Assembly: GCA_038109055.1 (NCBI GenBank)
Contig: JAYNIM010000001.1
Span: 427,365-491,364 of the forward strand
Origin: a bacterium
GTDB taxonomy: Bacteria > Margulisbacteria > Marinamargulisbacteria > GCA-2716485 > JAYNIM01
DNA: 64,000 bases
Direction: 5' to 3'
Within the stretch, counting starts at the first letter, position 1. Each line of letters opens with the position of its first letter. The notes under the pieces are model-generated. The model was not told where the DNA came from. It saw only the letters and a list, made by a program, of their open reading frames with translations, and did not search any database. The position numbers and the translations under genes were made by a program. Positions 1-9,444 of the stretch are shown in pieces.

Positions 1-621
1 TGTTATGGCTTGTTCTGAAAAACATTGATCAAAAAACTTTGGAATGACTGCAGCGTATTGTGATTTTGGGTCTTGGCGGGGTCCAAACACGTTAAAATAA
101 CGAAACCCAATTGTTTCTAGGCCGTATATCGTCTGATACATCTTTGCATATTGTTCATTTACTGCCTTACTTAACCCATAGGGGGATTTTGGGTTTAGTG
201 GCATTGTTTCAACTTTGGGTAACGTGGGTGTATCACCATATACGGATGAAGAAGAGGCATAAACAAAACGTTTGACGCCATTTAATCTGGCTCCTTCCAA
301 TAAATTTATGGTTCCGCCCACATTGTTTTCAACATATAATTGGGGTTCTTTAATGGATCGAGGTACGGAACCTAAGGCTGCTTGATGATTGATTCCATCG
401 ATATTTTTACATATCTGCCTACAAAAAGCTTTATCCCGGATATCCCCCTCTATAAAAGTAAAATTTTTGGCCTGTTCATGGGTGTTTAAATAGTCAATTG
501 TTTCTTGTTTACCAGTACTAAAATTATCTATTCCTACAACTGCATATCCTAAGGTTAGTAATTGATCTACGATATGTGAGGCGATAAATCCTGCTACACC
601 TGTAACGAGTATTTTTTTCAT
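1..621 (-). CDS. NAD-dependent epimerase/dehydratase, WbpP/TviC-like UDP-GlcNAc(A) 4-epimerase (partial, runs off left edge)
   Basis: Manual translation from ATG at 621: MKKILVTGVAGFIASH...HQAALGSVPRSI...YASSSSVYG...SPYGLSK...FRYFNVFGPRQDPKSQYAAVIPKF; GxxGxxA and YxxxK motifs. Confidence 0.88.
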   Translation of the reverse strand, partial: MKKILVTGVAGFIASHIVDQLLTLGYAVVGIDNFSTGKQETIDYLNTHEQAKNFTFIEGDIRDKAFCRQICKNIDGINHQAALGSVPRSIKEPQLYVENNVGGTINLLEGARLNGVKRFVYASSSSVYGDTPTLPKVETMPLNPKSPYGLSKAVNEQYAKMYQTIYGLETIGFRYFNVFGPRQDPKSQYAAVIPKFFDQCFSEQAIT

Positions 622-729
622 ATGGCTACAGTTTATCTAAACTTGTCTTCAAAAACAATTATGCTTCTATTAATTTTGTTAGTTTATTTAGTAAAATGCT
701 TTATCCCCCTAAATACAGCTTCTAGTGAT

Positions 730-1356
730 CAGGATTTCATAACCCCTGTCACAGCTATACCTTCCTTGCTCATCTTTTGAGCTTGGGTATAGACAAACAC
801 TTGTCTTTTGCAATCTGCTATTATAATTGTTTTTTCTGGATATTTATTTTTTAATTTTAGGCTATATTCCAAACAAACCTCCGCGTAAAGTGTCACGATT
901 ATCAGTGATTTAGGTATTTATAGAATCTTAATAATCACCTCTTGTTCACTTTTTGTGTTGCATAGCTTTTGTAATTTGAGGATTTTTTTATATTAGGCTC
1001 TTCCTTAGTCATTCTGTTTATTTTCTACAAAAGAACTTTATTTACCAGTTTAGAAAACTCTTTTTTCTTTGGCTTTGTTTATTGATATATTGTGCTTTCT
1101 TACTCTGCTAATTCTCTATTTTTTTAAGAGTTCCTTAGCTGGGATAGCGTTTACCCCTTTAATTTGATAGTTTCGTCTGATTTTTGTTCAGTCCCTTTCA
1201 TAAAAGAAACTTCTTTCATTACCCCCTTATGATCATCTTATTTATCTTTTAGGTATTTTCTGTGGATAGATACACAAACATAGCGCCTAAATAACCCACA
1301 TGAATATTAATTTTAAATGTATCATTGTAATTTAAATCAATCACAAAAACTTTCAT
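730..1356 (-). pseudogene. Probable decayed gene remnant of unknown family
   Basis: ATG at 1356 overlaps the upstream stop (ATGA) and reads MKVFVIDLNY... but stops at 1249; further short protein-like fragments downstream (e.g. LKLKNKYPEKTIIIAD). Confidence 0.35.
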
Positions 1357-2912
1357 TGTTGAGACCTCCGTCCAAATAAAAATAACTCAACACCATTAAT
1401 TCCTCTATGTCCTCTAAAACTTAAATTTATATATTCTTTTAAAGATATTAAAGAGTCAAAGCAAAGTATGTGTTTTTTAAAATTTAAATATCCCTTAACA
1501 ACTACTAAAATATCTATTGACTTTAGTTTTTTTCTAATAAAACAAAGACTATTTCTAAGACATTTTTTTAATAATGTTTGATTCATTGAGACTTTCAGCG
1601 CTAAATTTGTGTCTAACTGATTAACATAAGTATCATAATGCAATTTATTTTTACGAAATTTCATCGGTAGTCTTTTAAAATATTCCATCAATTCTTTATC
1701 CCATAAAGGACAAATCCATTCATACCCAAAAAATTCATACACGCGACACGAATTCACAATAAACTTGGCTTGACGTTCTTGCCAATTCCAACAGCTCAAT
1801 AAGGAAGAGTTGTCACCGCGATCTGAAGTTTCAGCCAAATTATTTTGAATTTTTTGCAGATACATACTTTTTTTATTTCTGCTTAATTTAAACAATAAAT
1901 AATGCTTTTTAATAATCCTTGCAATAATTTTGTCCTTATCTAATTGCTTCAATGAATACTCTATTTGACTTAAATGACCACCAGCTAAAAAATCACCCGT
2001 ATGTCCAGGCACAAATATTGAATCTTTTTCTATTAGTCTTTTTTCTTTTAATTGATGAACTGCAAAATAATCTTGAATATGTGGTAATGACACAGCTCGA
2101 TGTGAAAATTGATAATAAAACATCATATCTTTAGTACTATAAAGTCGTTTTACTATAGGTTTATAATCAACAAATACCCATTTAAACCGTAAATAATCGG
2201 CTACTTTTTTAGAAATTACTGTCTCGGAATTATTTAAAGGGCCGTATGAAAAACAACATACATTAGTATAATTTAACTTTTTTAATTTTAGAGCAATCAA
2301 TCTAGAATCATAGCCACCACTTAAAGGTATTACCAATTGTCGGCCTTTCGCATAAGCAACTAATCGTTTTATTGCATTTGTTACACAACTATCTAATTTA
2401 GCTCTTGCCTCTAGTTCAGAGTAATTCACAAAATCTTGATGTAAGTATTGATAATAGGTACTTAATTGACACAGTTTGTCTTTAATATATACATATTGAC
2501 CAGCCTGACATTGAAAAATATTTTCATATATTGTTTCATTACCAGTAACATATCCTGTTGCAAAAAATTCATGCTTTGAAACTTGATCTTTTTTAAGAGT
2601 ATAAGATTTTTTTAAAAAATCTGGATTATCACCTATCCACTGATATTTTTCAGAAAAAAATAATGGATGTGATCGAATTGAATCAACCGCAGCATATATT
2701 CTGCCTTGATCTTTAATAACAACTGAAAAAAAACCGTTTGCACCTTTAAGTCTTTCTTCAAAATCTTCTTTATTTTTTATATCTATGAAATAATCTACTA
2801 ACTTTTCTTTTTCATATAGGTCATTTTTAGAATCAAATAAAAATCCTTTGGCCCAAATATCTTTTGAATGGTACCAATTGAAACCATTATTAATTGTTAA
2901 ATCAATTTTCAT
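1353..2912 (-). CDS. Asparagine synthase-family amidotransferase/amide ligase lacking the N-terminal catalytic Cys
   Basis: PLSGGYDSR PP-loop, PGHTGDFLAG, ERQAKFI motifs; no N-terminal Cys-Gly-Ile. Confidence 0.8.
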   Translation of the reverse strand: MKIDLTINNGFNWYHSKDIWAKGFLFDSKNDLYEKEKLVDYFIDIKNKEDFEERLKGANGFFSVVIKDQGRIYAAVDSIRSHPLFFSEKYQWIGDNPDFLKKSYTLKKDQVSKHEFFATGYVTGNETIYENIFQCQAGQYVYIKDKLCQLSTYYQYLHQDFVNYSELEARAKLDSCVTNAIKRLVAYAKGRQLVIPLSGGYDSRLIALKLKKLNYTNVCCFSYGPLNNSETVISKKVADYLRFKWVFVDYKPIVKRLYSTKDMMFYYQFSHRAVSLPHIQDYFAVHQLKEKRLIEKDSIFVPGHTGDFLAGGHLSQIEYSLKQLDKDKIIARIIKKHYLLFKLSRNKKSMYLQKIQNNLAETSDRGDNSSLLSCWNWQERQAKFIVNSCRVYEFFGYEWICPLWDKELMEYFKRLPMKFRKNKLHYDTYVNQLDTNLALKVSMNQTLLKKCLRNSLCFIRKKLKSIDILVVVKGYLNFKKHILCFDSLISLKEYINLSFRGHRGINGVELFLFGRRSQQ

Positions 2913-4086
2913 AATCTTTTAAAACGTCATTATATACAGATTCAATTTGGTTAAAAACAATATCATAACTAAAATTTTTAATTGCAAATTTTCGTATTTT
3001 TATAGAATCAAAATGCCCTCTTGTTTGTATTGCTTTTATTAACCCTTTTTCAAGTTCATCGATACTATCTGGCCCAACTATAATTCCTGTATCAGAAGTA
3101 ACGATATCTTCACTAACAACAGATGTAGTTAGAACAGGAACCCCCATTGCCATCGCTTCACAAGAAACGTTGGGATGGCCCTCAGCTAAACTAGCTAAAA
3201 CCAAAAAACTGGATTGTTCAAGCTCTTGCTTAACTTGATAATGAGACTGGGCCCCTAAAAAAATCACATTATGTTTTAGTGAATAAAATGAAACAAGTTT
3301 TTCCAACGCTTTACGATCTTGTCCGTCTCCAATAATTGTTAATAAAGTATCTGGATACATTTTGATGATTCTTGAAAATGCGTGAATCAATAAATGTACA
3401 CCTTTTACAGGTGTTAATCCGGCGACTAGTAAAAAACGCCGTTCTAATGCCGGCTTTTTTTTAAAACTTGGTTTAAAAAAATCAATATCAACAATGTTAG
3501 GAATAACTTTAAATTTTGTATTTGATTTAGGTAAATATGATTTTAACTTTGGCTCCATCACCTTACTCAAAGGCAAAATATAATCTGTATTTTCTAATCC
3601 ATATTTTAGTAGAGAATCATACCAGGGTTGGAATAAAGACTTCGCAAATTTAGTTTGGTCGGTGAATCTACCACGATGCTCCGATAAAACGTATGGAATG
3701 TTATAGCGCCCTTTTACTTTTCTTCCCACAATACTCCCCCAGATAGCACTGTGAACATGCATCAAATCAGGCTTACCTTTTTCATTAATATAGCGTTTGA
3801 CCAACTTCATCATTAATATTACCCATAGCTTTTGTTGTAAACGCGCTAACTTTGGCAATGACCAAGCATGCATTCTTATTACAAATAATCCATTTTCATT
3901 GTTAGCCGTGACTTTAAAAAAAGACGTAAACAGTGATTTTACATTTAAATTTCGTACTGAACGCTGCTCAACATAAACTATCCCAACTTTCCACCCCCGA
4001 CTCTTCATTTCCTCCCATCTTTTTCTAAAAAATGAACCGCCGTCATATGGAGGATACCAAGATGGAATAACTAAAATATGCTTCAT
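2902..4086 (-). CDS. Glycosyltransferase family 4
   Basis: LVIPSWYP, KGVHLLI, EGHPNVSCEAMAMGVPV (EX7E); start MKHILV at 4086 gives ATGA overlap with upstream gene. Confidence 0.9.
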   Translation of the reverse strand: MKHILVIPSWYPPYDGGSFFRKRWEEMKSRGWKVGIVYVEQRSVRNLNVKSLFTSFFKVTANNENGLFVIRMHAWSLPKLARLQQKLWVILMMKLVKRYINEKGKPDLMHVHSAIWGSIVGRKVKGRYNIPYVLSEHRGRFTDQTKFAKSLFQPWYDSLLKYGLENTDYILPLSKVMEPKLKSYLPKSNTKFKVIPNIVDIDFFKPSFKKKPALERRFLLVAGLTPVKGVHLLIHAFSRIIKMYPDTLLTIIGDGQDRKALEKLVSFYSLKHNVIFLGAQSHYQVKQELEQSSFLVLASLAEGHPNVSCEAMAMGVPVLTTSVVSEDIVTSDTGIIVGPDSIDELEKGLIKAIQTRGHFDSIKIRKFAIKNFSYDIVFNQIESVYNDVLKDYEN

Positions 4087-5981
4087 TTCATCCACTTATC
4101 AAGCCACATACTCAACATCAATACATGCCACATTTTTGTTGCGGAAAGCAAAGTTGGTTTATGTTTAAATTTTTGATATTGTAATTGTATAGCTTGGTTA
4201 TTAAAAATATCATATTTTTTTAATGTATTACCAAGAATATAATAGTCAAGTTGCTCCGACAATTCACCATTTAACCAAGTGTCTAAAGGAACCCCAAAGC
4301 CTTTTTTTGTTTGAATCATAAAATGTTGAGGAATATAATCATGGACAATATCTTTTAAAATGTATTTAGTTGTTCGATTATGAAGTTTAAAGTTTGATGG
4401 CAACTGAGCTACAAATTCAACAATTCGGTGATCCATTAGTGGCTCTCTACTTTCTAAGGATGTCGACATTGCAGCTCTGTCAACTTTTTGCAAAATATCA
4501 TCGGTTAATCCAATTTTAAAGTCAATGGCTAAAAATTTGTTTATTGCATCGTTTGAGTTATTTAGTTTATCAAACTGGTGGTAATTGGTCTCATAATGAT
4601 CAATATCTTTTTGTAAAAAAATATCTTCTATCTCATTTGGCATAAATATTGATGGTTCTAATTTAAATTCATATAACTCATCTAGAGTTTTAATTTGAGT
4701 TAATGATTGAAGTCTTGAAATACGTTCAGAAATTAACCCCAATTTCGAAATTCCATTAATTCCTACTTTTGTCAAACTAGGTGCTAGTTTATTTAAATAG
4801 AAAATAGACTTAAATAAGTTTAGTCGCTTTGTATAACGATTTATATATCCGCAAAAAATTTCATCTCCACCATCAGCTGATAATGCAACTTTCACATATT
4901 TTTTTGCTAGCCGACTCACAAGAATTGTTGGAACTGCTGAAGAGTCTGCAAATGGTTCATCATATATCGTTGCTAATTCTGGTAAAATAGCTAACGCTTC
5001 TTTTTCTGAGCATATTTGTTGATGGTGATTCGTGCCTAAATACTCAGCAATTCTTTGTGCATCCGCAGTCTCATCCGTTTCTCTATTAAACCCTATAGTA
5101 AACGTATTAATCTTTTGTGATGCGTTAGATTGCAGTAACGCTGCAACTAAAGAGCTATCGTAACCTGAACTCAAGAATATCCCCACTGGTACATCTGATA
5201 TCATTCGAAGGTTACAAGCTTCTATCAATTTAGTCTTTAGTATCGATTTAGCTTCATCATAACTAATGTCTAATTTTGGCTTGTTATAAAAATCAAATGA
5301 ATCCCAATATTTTGTATATTCAGTTTGTTTTGTTTTTAAATTTATTTTAAGAAAATGCCCAGGTTCAATTTTAAAGCAATTTTTAAACACTGTATAAGGG
5401 GCAGGAATAAATGAATATTTGAAATATAATGCAAGTGCCGATAAATCAAGCTCTTTTTGAAATATCGGAGCTCTCATTAGCGCCTTTAGTTCAGAACCAA
5501 ATAAATAGGTACCTCCTTGATTTGAGTAAAAAAAAGGTTTAACTCCTGATCGATCTCGACAAAAATACACTTCTTGTTTTGATTCATCCAGGATTACAAA
5601 AGAAAACATGCCTACAAAACGATGTAAACAATTAATTCCCCATTTGATATATGCGTTGAGAAGTACTTCTGAGTCAGAATTAGAATTGAATTTAAACCCT
5701 AATTTTTCTAATTCTGTTCGAATTTCTTTAAAGTTATAAATTTCTCCATTGTAGACAGCTGTCACATTTGCATCTGCATTACTTATTGGTTGATGGCCAT
5801 TTTTGGATAAATCCAAAATTGATAATCGTTTATGGCCCAAACCAATTGTTATGTTTTCAAATGTTTTAAAATAATGTCCGGTATCATCTGGACCACGATG
5901 ATGCAAAGTTTCAGTCATAGAAATTAATGATGACTTATCTAACCTATTTGAAAAATCTATAAAACCTATTATGCCACACAT
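4083..5981 (-). CDS. asnB: Asparagine synthase (glutamine-hydrolysing) family amidotransferase, polysaccharide-locus type
   Basis: MCGI N-terminus, HRGPDD, RLSILDL, NGEIYNF, SSGYDSS, SADGGDE; GAGG RBS upstream. Confidence 0.9.
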   Translation of the reverse strand: MCGIIGFIDFSNRLDKSSLISMTETLHHRGPDDTGHYFKTFENITIGLGHKRLSILDLSKNGHQPISNADANVTAVYNGEIYNFKEIRTELEKLGFKFNSNSDSEVLLNAYIKWGINCLHRFVGMFSFVILDESKQEVYFCRDRSGVKPFFYSNQGGTYLFGSELKALMRAPIFQKELDLSALALYFKYSFIPAPYTVFKNCFKIEPGHFLKINLKTKQTEYTKYWDSFDFYNKPKLDISYDEAKSILKTKLIEACNLRMISDVPVGIFLSSGYDSSLVAALLQSNASQKINTFTIGFNRETDETADAQRIAEYLGTNHHQQICSEKEALAILPELATIYDEPFADSSAVPTILVSRLAKKYVKVALSADGGDEIFCGYINRYTKRLNLFKSIFYLNKLAPSLTKVGINGISKLGLISERISRLQSLTQIKTLDELYEFKLEPSIFMPNEIEDIFLQKDIDHYETNYHQFDKLNNSNDAINKFLAIDFKIGLTDDILQKVDRAAMSTSLESREPLMDHRIVEFVAQLPSNFKLHNRTTKYILKDIVHDYIPQHFMIQTKKGFGVPLDTWLNGELSEQLDYYILGNTLKKYDIFNNQAIQLQYQKFKHKPTLLSATKMWHVLMLSMWLDKWMK

Positions 5982-6299
5982 TAGTTATTACCTCTTAAAC
6001 ATCTTAAAGAGTAACATTAGTATGTTTTAATTTTATAGAGATGAAAAGGATCTTTTTTTAATTCTTTAGGTAATCTAATAAGCAATTCTAATTGATTTAG
6101 GTTAACAACAAGTCCCAGTCTAACTAAAAATCTGTTTATTTTAATGAATTTTAACGTATTTAAATAGAAAGAATTTAGCACAGCGCCAATTTACCATACC
6201 TCTTTATTAATGTCTAAATCAACAGCCCTATAAACCCGTCGTTATTGTTCACAGATCCTTGTTTAACGCTGGGCAAATATCACAAAACCTCTATATTTT

Positions 6300-7607
6300 T
6301 TACTCCATTTTTTCACTACATATTTTCTGAAGCGTTTGCTCAAATATTTGTTTATATCCCTTACACTCACTGATTGGATGTGCAAACTCTTGTAATTTAT
6401 TAGAATAATCCATGTATTTTTTACTATGACCTTGAAGAATATCTGACAGAGCGATTCTCATTGATTCCTTACTGTTACAAATATTTGGATAATCATCTAA
6501 TAATAAATGTTTTAAATGTGGATTTTTAAGTGTTTGATTTATGTGCAATGTATCTGGCCAATTATTATCAAAACTAAATTTAATTTGTATAATTGGGGTC
6601 TTCGTAAATGATGCTTCAAGCACAATGGTTGAACTAAAGTTAATGACACACAATGCATGTGATAATTGATTCTTTTTCTTTACCAAATCATCTTCAGTCA
6701 ATTTATAAGGATCCCATTTACTTGGAATGGGGTCTAGTTTTATACCTGATTCAACTAAATTAGTATACCAATTCATATCAATAATAAAGGGATATGGACG
6801 CACAATTAATTCTACTGATGAGTCAATTGTATTCAACATATTTTTTATTCCTAGAATGTTTATCACTTCCTGTTCAACATGCTCTCTTATTCCATGAGCA
6901 CAGACGTATAGAACATACTTTTGTTTTTTGTACTCATCTATATCTCTACTTTTATTTTCAATTAAATAATCAAATTGAAGAGGGCCTACAATATGAATTT
7001 TTGATTCCGATATCATATGATATTTTTTTAAATCATTTTTATTTTCTTTATTCCACACAAAATAATAATCAGCTCCTTTAATAGATTCGTTATCCTTCAT
7101 AGGATTATCCCAACTATATATCCAATTAATAATTTTCAATTTTCTTCGTCTTGCTTCATGCACAATGAAATATGATTTAATTGATATTGGAGAATATAAA
7201 AAATAAGAATAATTATTTAAAAAATCATACTCTTTATATGTAAATGGATATACCCATTTATAAATTTGTGCAACAGAACAATTAAAAAAAATCATTTTCT
7301 GATAATATTTTTTAATAAATAGCATTATTTTCATGATTAAATTAGTGTTGTAGAATTGCCTTTTATTTCTATACAATCTATTGTTTGTGTTTAACGGCTT
7401 AACTAATAGACATTTTAGTAACCCTCTAAATATTCGTCTTTTCTGTTTTGGTTTAATTAAAAATGTTTTAAGAATTTTGTGATATCGTTCATATGTTCTT
7501 TGATCATGTGTCACAATCGTTAAATCAACATTATTTTTCAGATGATCTATTAACTGTGCTTTCTCAAGCCGATTTCCGTCATCAATAAAATATAACACCT
7601 TAGTCAT
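6300..7607 (-). CDS. Hypothetical GT-B-like protein, candidate sialyl/nonulosonate transferase
   Basis: YSWDN, FVWN, IVGPLQFD, VRPYP, SSTIVLEA motifs resemble TagF-like/GT-B proteins; 8-nt overlap with neuA. Confidence 0.5.
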   Translation of the reverse strand: MTKVLYFIDDGNRLEKAQLIDHLKNNVDLTIVTHDQRTYERYHKILKTFLIKPKQKRRIFRGLLKCLLVKPLNTNNRLYRNKRQFYNTNLIMKIMLFIKKYYQKMIFFNCSVAQIYKWVYPFTYKEYDFLNNYSYFLYSPISIKSYFIVHEARRRKLKIINWIYSWDNPMKDNESIKGADYYFVWNKENKNDLKKYHMISESKIHIVGPLQFDYLIENKSRDIDEYKKQKYVLYVCAHGIREHVEQEVINILGIKNMLNTIDSSVELIVRPYPFIIDMNWYTNLVESGIKLDPIPSKWDPYKLTEDDLVKKKNQLSHALCVINFSSTIVLEASFTKTPIIQIKFSFDNNWPDTLHINQTLKNPHLKHLLLDDYPNICNSKESMRIALSDILQGHSKKYMDYSNKLQEFAHPISECKGYKQIFEQTLQKICSEKME

Positions 7608-8271
7608 TTTGTGCTATCAGTGCTTCTGCTATATAAAAATCGTCTTCTTCATCAATATCGAGACTATCTATTTTTGACATTTCATAGCCGATTATTTTCC
7701 CCCCAAAGATGGCGTAGTTTAATTGCTCTCGTTTTGTTATATAGATAGCCGCACCGTTTCGTGCCAAATAATTAGGTTTATCTTGACGTCTAAGTTTATA
7801 ATTTTGAACACAATTTACAATATAAGAACCTTCTACTTTCATCATAGCCTCTGGAACCATATTGTGAGGAACTTTAACTACCGACACTAAGCTATCTGCG
7901 TGTTCATCTTTTTCGAATAAAGAAATCGCTGCATTGATATGTTTATATGTACGTAATGGTGACGTAGGTTGTAGAGTGATGATCGCATTATATTGTTCTG
8001 CATATTGCCCCAAGGCATGTTGTATTACTGGTAAGGTTGGCGTATCATCTTTTGCCAATTCTGATGGACGCATAATGACTGAAACACCCAAGCTTTCTGC
8101 AATGCTGGCTATTTCTTTATCATCAGTAGATACGACCACCTCATTAATTATTGATTGCTGTGCCGCCTCAATGGTGTACTGTATTAATGGCTTTCCATTC
8201 AATAACTTTCTGTTTTTATATTTGATCCCCTTTGATCCGCCTCTGGCAGGAATTATGGCTAAATACTTCAT
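7600..8271 (-). CDS. neuA: CMP-N-acylneuraminate synthetase
   Basis: IIPARGGSKGIKYKN, VSTDD, LQPTSPLR, RRQD, NGAAIY, SLDIDEEDDF. Confidence 0.92.
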   Translation of the reverse strand: MKYLAIIPARGGSKGIKYKNRKLLNGKPLIQYTIEAAQQSIINEVVVSTDDKEIASIAESLGVSVIMRPSELAKDDTPTLPVIQHALGQYAEQYNAIITLQPTSPLRTYKHINAAISLFEKDEHADSLVSVVKVPHNMVPEAMMKVEGSYIVNCVQNYKLRRQDKPNYLARNGAAIYITKREQLNYAIFGGKIIGYEMSKIDSLDIDEEDDFYIAEALIAQND

Positions 8272-9423
8272 TTAATACGTAATGGTTTTTTGAATACTTA
8301 CAGAATCAGTTGCTAAAATAGTCGCAATTTTTGTTCCAGCGCTTCCATCCCCGTACAATGGACTTGATTTGTATTTTCCATGTTCCATTTGTTTAAGTAT
8401 GGCATCTTTAATTTGCTGCTTATCATACGTCACATCCATCACATTATCAGATCGATCTCTTTGGTTTTGTCGTGTTCCAATATTTACTACTGGGGTTCCA
8501 ATAAAGGCCCCTTCTCTAACACCAGAGCTACTATTTCCAACCAAACACTGCGTTTGATTCATTAAATGAATGTAGGTTGCCGTTGGTAAATTTTTAAATA
8601 CTTGCAGCCATGTTGGTTTGTGGGTTTCTCTAAATGATCGAATACCTTTTGAAATATCATCACTACCCGCATCTGCATTTGGCCATAAAAGTATCGTTGG
8701 TATTTTTATATCATTGAGTGCATTCAAGGTTTCTTCAATTTGGCGACGATTATCACCAAACTCTGTTGTAACGGGATGTTGAGATACAAGTAAGAAAGGC
8801 TGATTAAAATCAATACCCATCCCTACTCCTTTGTAACCTTTGAACAACTCATTTAAATCGCCTTTATTTTTTAACTCGATTCGAATTAAATCCATTCGTG
8901 GACACCCCACGTTATACACATGCTTTGGATCCTCTCCCATCTTTATAATACGTTTTTTTGCCTCTTCATTAGCTGGAAAATGATAATGAGCAAACTTTGT
9001 TATAGCATGACGAATACTTTCATCTATAGTACCAGTGACTTCCCCTCCCATGGTATGCGCAACCGCAATATTCATGTAAGCGGCTGCAATCGTGACAGCC
9101 ATTACTTCAAATCGATCGCCTACAACAACGACCACATCCGGTTTTAAATTATTAAAGATCATCGACATTTCTATCATGCCTAGACCTGTTGATTTTGCCA
9201 TAGTTGTTGGATTCTCTCCTTCAACTAGGTTATGAAAGGTAAAATCTGGTTTAAAGCCATCTTCTCGTATTAATTGATCCACATTCCCAAAACGTTCTAA
9301 GATTGCAGATGCCCCAGTAACCACCTGAAGTGTTAACTTAGGATGTTTTTTTATGGCTCTCATGACAGACTTAATACTACTGTAGTTAGCTCTTGAACCA
9401 ACAAAAACACATATTTTTTTCAT
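8272..9423 (-). CDS. neuC: UDP-N-acetylglucosamine 2-epimerase (hydrolysing)
   Basis: GSRANYS, GDRFE, HTMGGEVTGTIDESIRHAITK, GNSSSG, GTRQ. Confidence 0.92.
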   Translation of the reverse strand: MKKICVFVGSRANYSSIKSVMRAIKKHPKLTLQVVTGASAILERFGNVDQLIREDGFKPDFTFHNLVEGENPTTMAKSTGLGMIEMSMIFNNLKPDVVVVVGDRFEVMAVTIAAAYMNIAVAHTMGGEVTGTIDESIRHAITKFAHYHFPANEEAKKRIIKMGEDPKHVYNVGCPRMDLIRIELKNKGDLNELFKGYKGVGMGIDFNQPFLLVSQHPVTTEFGDNRRQIEETLNALNDIKIPTILLWPNADAGSDDISKGIRSFRETHKPTWLQVFKNLPTATYIHLMNQTQCLVGNSSSGVREGAFIGTPVVNIGTRQNQRDRSDNVMDVTYDKQQIKDAILKQMEHGKYKSSPLYGDGSAGTKIATILATDSVSIQKTITY

Positions 9424-9444
9424 TTAATTAGTGTATACAAATTA

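Noticed and set aside
5982..6299. Possible gene remnant between the putative sialyltransferase and asnB
   Set aside because: Only very short fragments with no convincing motif
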